The position numbers and the translations under genes were made by a program. Shown here in pieces: positions 54,376 to 64,000 of a DNA stretch of 64,000 bases. The first letter of the stretch is position 1, and every line of letters begins with the position of its first letter. Location of the stretch: NCBI RefSeq assembly GCF_009914755.1, contig NC_060925.1; one strand, 5' to 3'. This DNA comes from the human T2T-CHM13v2.0 reference genome, Homo sapiens. Under the pieces are notes generated by a model, which saw only the letters and a list, made by a program, of their open reading frames with translations, ran no database searches and was not told the DNA's origin.

Positions 54376-55475
54376 ACAGAAAAATAGCTTTGTGTTTCTT
54401 TTCCTTTAACAATGCATCTAGTAAGTGGCCAAGAAAGGATTCAAACCCAGGCAGTCTGACTTCACAGTTTTGTTTTGATATTATGCAGATAGGATCCCCT
54501 AAATTCATTAATGGTTGCTGTAGCATGTATTGCAGTACTTGTACAGAAGAAACAACTGGTAGTACTCCATGAACTCCATTCTCTGGTTTAGTGAGCATTA
54601 CACGATGGCTTGGTTATCTGGGGGAGGTACTGGCCTTCAGAATTAATCCAGGCTCCAATTTTTTTTTCCTTGTCTCCAATATCAGAAGACATTGAGTCCC
54701 CTGTCCTTCTGGTTTAAACCACTACTTGTTTGGTTTTCTTTTACTTGTAGCGAATATGTTAACTAATATATCCAATAATGGCTAAGATTGAGTGCAGTAC
54801 TCTGCCAAACCAGAAGAAGGGAGGCTTACAGCAAATTACATTTGGTTTATAAACATAAATTAAATGTGATATTTCTATTTTATATATTTTATTATTATTT
54901 TGTAGAAATGAGGGTCTTGCTATTGCCCAGGCTAATCTCGAACTTCTTACCTCAAGGGATCCTCCCTCATCGGCCCCACAAAGTGTTGGGATTACAGATG
55001 TGAGCCACCTCACTTGGCCTAAATGTGACATATCTTATTCTCATGCTAAAGAATAAACTCTGTACCCACCGTGTAATACTATTTTTCTCATAATGTTTAT
55101 TGTGGAATTAAGGAGATAATATGGTCTCAGGAAAGTTGTGTTGAGTGGTAGTCATCATCATTACTGCTATTCTCATTACGTTGAATGTTTGGAAGCTGTG
55201 GGAAATGGGAAAGAGGAGGAAATTGGGAAAATAAATGAAAATAGCCTTACAAATTTCAGGTTCTTCAAGTCTCAAGAGCTCCATTTACCCTATAAGTGCA
55301 AAATATTTTCACATAAAACCCAGTCTGTGGATCGTTAGTTATTATTAATCTAATAATATCATAAATTGGTACTACTATTCTATTTTCCATTTGGTTAAAT
55401 GGGAATTTTGAAAACAGAATTATTTTGGCTTTTCACCACAAATATGCTCAGCAACTGGAATTCTTAAATCTGCAG

Positions 55476-55477
55476 TT

Positions 55478-55509
<32 letters not shown>

Positions 55510-55788
55510 GTTTTGAGACAGAGTCTCACTCTAGTCACCCAGGTTGGGGTGCAGTAGCACTATCTGGGCTCACACAACCTCCGCCTCCCGGGTTCAAGCG
55601 ATTTTCCTGCCTCAGCCTCCCGAGTAGCTGGGATTACAGGCAGGTGCCTGGCTAATTTTTGTACTTTTAGTAGAGATGGGGTTTCGCCATGTTGGCCAGG
55701 CTGGTCTTGAACTCCTGACCTCAAGTGATCTGCCCGCCTTGGCCCGCCAAAGTGCTGGGATTACAGGCTTCAGCCACCGTGCCCCGCC
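55476..55788 (-). repeat. AluS
   Basis: TSD taaatctgcagtt. Confidence 0.88.
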
Positions 55789-56469
55789 TAAATCTGCAGT
55801 TCTGATGGAATGTTTTGACTGAAGACTGAACGTAGAAACAGTACCTTGGGTTTTGTTGTTGTTATTTTTTCCTAACCCGGCCCCCTATTAGTTTACTATG
55901 TATTAGAACCTGAGAGAGGTGACTACTCTGCCAATAAATTGCCACATTCAATATTCTTCGGTTGCCTAATTCAGTGGGAAACACAGAAAAAAAGGTAAAG
56001 AGGACATGAAATCAATAATAAATGCATCATCTATACCGGATTGGAATGCCTCTTAACACTCATTCATCTGAGGGCTGAGGGCCTGTGGTAGAAGTTCTTA
56101 ATCTTGTTTTCAGGGTTTTGAAATTGTGTAACTTTTTTTTCTTTAATGTAATGAGCATGTGTATACACATTTTTTTTTTTCCAGGGGAAACCCTCCATAA
56201 TTTTTACCAGATTGACAACCGTTCTAGATCCCCCGACAGGTTACGAACTACAATACTAGTTTTTTTTTTTTTTTTTTTACCGGTTTGTAAAAGGATGCAA
56301 TTCTTCGAATATAGTTTTTGCATCCACTTGACGAGGAAGGAGCCTCTACCCTAAACAAAAATGGCGGGAGCTGCTTCACACGTAGTCCCTCACGCAGAAA
56401 GCCTGGAAGGCCCCCTCCACTTTCTCTCCACCTTCGCACTCCTGACCCCGGAAGGACTCCGCCTTCTCC

Positions 56470-56550
56470 ATGTCAGACTGCTGCTCAGCGCCAGGCATCA
56501 GCTGGGAAGCTGGCGTGGGCAGGCCAGCTGTACCTGGCCTGGAGCTCCAG
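56470..56550 (+). CDS. MIGA1: MIGA1 (FAM73A, mitoguardin 1) coding exon 1 (MSDCCSAPGISWEAGVGRPAVPGLELQ)
   Basis: ATG 56470, CAG|gtacag donor; 81 nt, phase 0; matches recalled MIGA1 N-terminus. Confidence 0.85.
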
Positions 56551-56711
56551 GTACAGGGCCAGGGGCGGGGTGGGGTGGAGAGGCGGGCGGGAGGAAGCGG
56601 AGAGTTGAGCGGCCACGCAGTTGGGGCAGAGGCCTCGGGGCAGGGGTGGCGCGGACTCCATCGCTGGCGTTAGCTCTCGGAGTGCCAGGTGGAGCGGCGG
56701 AAAGCCAGAGG

Positions 56712-56801
56712 GTCTACGGCCGTGCCACCCTGAACACCCCCGACCTCGTCTCATCTCAGAAGCTAAGCAGGGTCGGGCCTGGTTAGTACTTGCATAGGAA
56801 A
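56712..56801 (+). pseudogene. RNA5SP21: 5S rRNA pseudogene, 3'-truncated (nt 1-~90), in MIGA1 intron 1
   Basis: gtctacggcc..gaagctaagcagggtcgggcctggttagtacttg matches human 5S; symbol from recalled locus annotation, not verified. Confidence 0.88.
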
Positions 56802-57708
56802 GCAGGAGGGTCCCCACGCCAGAGGGAGGCCTGCAAAGGAAGCGCGGAATTGGGATGGGCTCGCCACTGCTCTGAGCCAGAGGAAGGGTCTGGACGGCCG
56901 AGCTGGAGGGACCCCCTTTTCTGGTGTTCTTGGCAAAGAAAAAGGAAGACAGCAGAGGAGAGCTCCGCGAGGGGCTGCTGTGGGGTCGGGGGAGAGCGCG
57001 CTGGAGGTAGGGCAGCTGGTGAGGTCTCAGGTTCGGCTTGGATGCGGGTGGTTTTGAGCAGGGAGTGGCTTTTGGATGTGAAAGATTACTCTGCTTTGCA
57101 GGTGCTTTAAGAGAATAATTTAGCACGGGAGTATTGTGGTGTCAGGTCCTTCTGTAAAGTTGTTAAATTATCTATTTTCCAGAGGGAAGACTCAGCTTGT
57201 TTTTGCACAGGACTTTGAAACCTTTATTATTGTTGTTTTATTGTTGTTGTTATTGCAGCTAAACATGTTTGCTCTGTTCAAAGTGTCAGAGTTAGGTTAT
57301 ATAGATTTGTGCTTCACGTCAATTTTCTTTTTGATACTTCAGACTTTCCTTCCTGTTGGATTATAAAGTCAAAGTTGCAGGATAGAATTTTAAGATGTCT
57401 AAGAAACTGTTTATGACACTTATTTTTAATTCCCCAGTAGTTGGAATGTAGAGGAGCAAGTAATATCACACAGGACAATATTTTTGGTTATGTTTTATAG
57501 ATTCCGTCTATAAATTTGAATAATCATGAAACCCCCTTCATGTTTATTTTTATTATGCTTCTGAAAGCAAATGAAATGACTAGTTTTTTGTTTTTTTTTC
57601 TTTAGTTTTTCAATGAATAATGATTAGGTTTGGAATCAACTTCCTCAGTAATATTAAATGAAAAAGAATGAGGTAGTTAGAATGCAAAAATAGAGGTTTG
57701 TCATAATA

Positions 57709-58041
<333 letters not shown>

Positions 58042-60051
58042 TAAGAATATCTCTGCAGCCAATTAAAGTGTTTGCTTTATTTTCTTTCTATTCTGCTTAA
58101 AAATTTGGAATGCTCCATTATAGGGAAAATTACTTTGGGTGAATTACTCAATACGTTTTTTAAATGCAGTAGCATAGATTGCTTAATGATCCAGAATCTA
58201 ATTAGTAAAAATGTTTCTCAAAATAAAATGTGTTAATATTTAGGGAGGGGGAAGAATAAATGAGCTTCCCCCCACTTCCTTTTTACTGTAGTAATATTAA
58301 AAAAGTAATACATGTAGGCAGGTTTTTAAAAATCAAGTATTACAAACAGACTTATAAGGAAAAGCAGTCATTCTTTGCCCAGCTTTTCTATATCCCTTGT
58401 CTTATTCTCCAGAGGACCATTTTTCACTTTCTTAACTGTTCATGGTTTCCTCTGTACTTTTTAATCATATGTCTCTATCACAGGTTGTTGACTGAAATAA
58501 ATGTATGTCAAGTAGAACTAACTATACTGAATCTAAAAGTTGTACTTAGAACACTGGTAGGGGGGATTAAGTTTATACTGCTGTATCCCTAGTAAGGATT
58601 AAGGGAAGCATCAGTAGTAGTAACCCACCCTAAGAGGTATTGCTGTGTTTGATTTTAAAGGAAACCACTACTTAATCAGTGGTTTTGACACTTGTCTGAA
58701 AACAGGTGGGTATTAACAGAAGGGGATAGTCTATTGGAGTATAGAAAAAGAGAACATAGAAATGTATGCAGAAATGAAGGGCCTAAAAAAGTGTAGCAAA
58801 TAATTTTTTTTTTTTTTGGTGTAGGCAGGGTTTCACCATGTTTCCCAGGCTGGTCTCGAACTCCTGGGTTCATGGACTCAAGCAATCCACCCATCTCGGC
58901 CTCCCAAAGTCACTCCCAAAGTGCTCAGGCATGAGCCACTCACTGTGCCCAGCCGCAAATAAACTTTTATAGAGGGATTGCTGGTAATTTTTATATTCTG
59001 TTATGTAATATACAGCACTACCCAAATAAAAGAAATAATAAATTTGGTAGACATAAACATTGTGGTTATTAGAGAAGCCCATTCTCTTGTGCATTAGAGA
59101 TAATGCTTAGGCGTTTTCTTGGCCTGAATGAAATATTCCTCAGGACTCTTGATTTTTGCACTCATCAGGCAACATTTTTGACTTATTAGTTCAGCTTCCT
59201 ATGGTCTTTTATTTCAGGGATGGTATGTTTTGATAGAATATGTACACTAGATCGTTTATTTCTTTATTATAAATAGATAAACTTGTAAAGTGATTTATGC
59301 ATCAATACCATGTAAATTTGTTTAACATGTGTTCAACTGGGTACAGTGGTAAAATTACGTTTCTGGCTCTATAAAGCAGAGACCCAGACCCTGAACCACT
59401 GCCTTAATGACCTCTCTTTGTGTGTCAACTGCTTCTCTGTACTCATCTGACTTTTCTTTTTTTGTTTAAGAGAAATAATACGCATTAAAACTATACCAAA
59501 ATCATATAGCATATATGTGGCATTTCTTTGAAGATCTTTAAAATGAGACAATAGGAGAATAAATGCGTGAGTTCTGGAGTTCAGTCAGTGAACTCTGAGG
59601 TTCTAGCCCCAAGATTCTGTTCCAGATTCCATTCAGCAACCTGCCTGCCACCTACTCTCACCCCCGCAGTTATATGAAGGAAACCAAATGAATGAGAAGT
59701 AAATTTTAAATTACTCCCTAAAAAGTGTTAAATTTTTATGTAACCAGAAAAGAGAGAATCTAGAACTCGCAATTTCCTAAGGAAAATTTGCTACCCGGAC
59801 TCAAAGTTTAAATCTAGCTTTTTTTTTTTTTTAACTTCTTATTTTTTATGCTATCTCCTACAGGAAGGATAGCTTATTGTTTCTTTTACGCGTTTGGTGA
59901 TTAATAAATATAATTTTAGCTCAAGTGTAATGTCATCAATAATTGACTGCAAAAATAAGCTGATAGAATTAAATTTTCAGTTTGTACCTTTCATTGGTAA
60001 AGTAACCAGAAATCTTTGTGGCTAATTTTTTTTATGTTTCATTTAATGAAG

Positions 60052-60165
60052 ATTAGAAGAGGAGCCATGTCAGAAGAAACAGTAAGTGAATCACAGTTTT
60101 CCTTGAAGACAGCAGCGCTAAGAGTGTTTGATCTTCCTCTGACTTGGTACTATTCTCTCTCCCAG
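60052..60165 (+). CDS. MIGA1: MIGA1 exon 2 (IRRGAMSEETVSESQFSLKTAALRVFDLPLTWYYSLSQ); gene continues beyond window
   Basis: T-rich tract + aag| acceptor, CAG|gtaaat donor; 114 nt, in frame with exon 1. Confidence 0.92.
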
Positions 60166-60469
60166 GTAAATAAAAGAAGCAAACAGGAAGTTGAATATTA
60201 AGCTTATTGCTCAGAGCATATTTTGTTTACATTATTTCAGTTTTATTTGAGGTTTCTATATAGTACAGTCAAAATATTTATTACAGTAGTTAAAAAACCT
60301 ACTTGGTTATTTCACGGGTTTTTGTTTTTGGTTTTGGTTATTGTAACTCTTAAAAAAAGGTTATGTTACTTAAAAATTTTTTTCTGTCTTAAGCAAACTT
60401 ACATAGTCCATTATTATTACTTTCAGTGAATTATGTTATTCCAGTAGGCCTGTTCTCACTATTAACAAT

Positions 60470-64000
<3,531 letters not shown>

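Larger units (their letters stand above)
56330..57060. promoter_or_regulatory. MIGA1 CpG-island promoter with YY1-type AAAATGGCGG (~56358-56367) and G-runs/GC boxes
   Basis: GC/CpG-rich block surrounding the first coding exon. Confidence 0.85.

Noticed and set aside
56361-57126. 141-213 aa ORFs over the MIGA1 CpG island
   Set aside because: Same GC artefact; they run through a splice donor and the 5S pseudogene

Overview
Human genomic DNA (Alu/L1-dense). It is recognisable from spliced translation as the USP33-MIGA1 (FAM73A) head-to-head locus. On the minus strand, USP33 runs from a CpG-island first exon (~36453-36690) through an L1-derived exon and 11 further coding exons (ZnF-UBP domain, catalytic Cys box) and continues off the left edge. 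The intergenic region holds a full-length ACTB processed pseudogene lacking the parental ATG exon, and a MER41 solo LTR nested in a MER21-like LTR. On the plus strand are the MIGA1 CpG island, coding exons 1-2, a 5S rRNA pseudogene in intron 1 and an antisense THE1 provirus in intron 2. The main finding is an exonised L1 in USP33 intron 1. A 5'-inverted (twin-primed) L1PA places the ORF1 tail, the intact 63-nt inter-ORF spacer and the ORF2 start codon in USP33 sense. Two substitutions give a perfect donor (AAG|GTAAGT) that fuses ORF2 residues MTGSNSHITILTLK in frame to USP33. The inversion junction probably supplies the acceptor, and the ORF1 tail forms a strong-Kozak uORF that could put the long isoform under L1-style termination/re-initiation control. 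Repeat subfamily calls and parent-gene comparisons are by eye from recalled consensus sequences; repeat boundaries are approximate (+/-10 nt).
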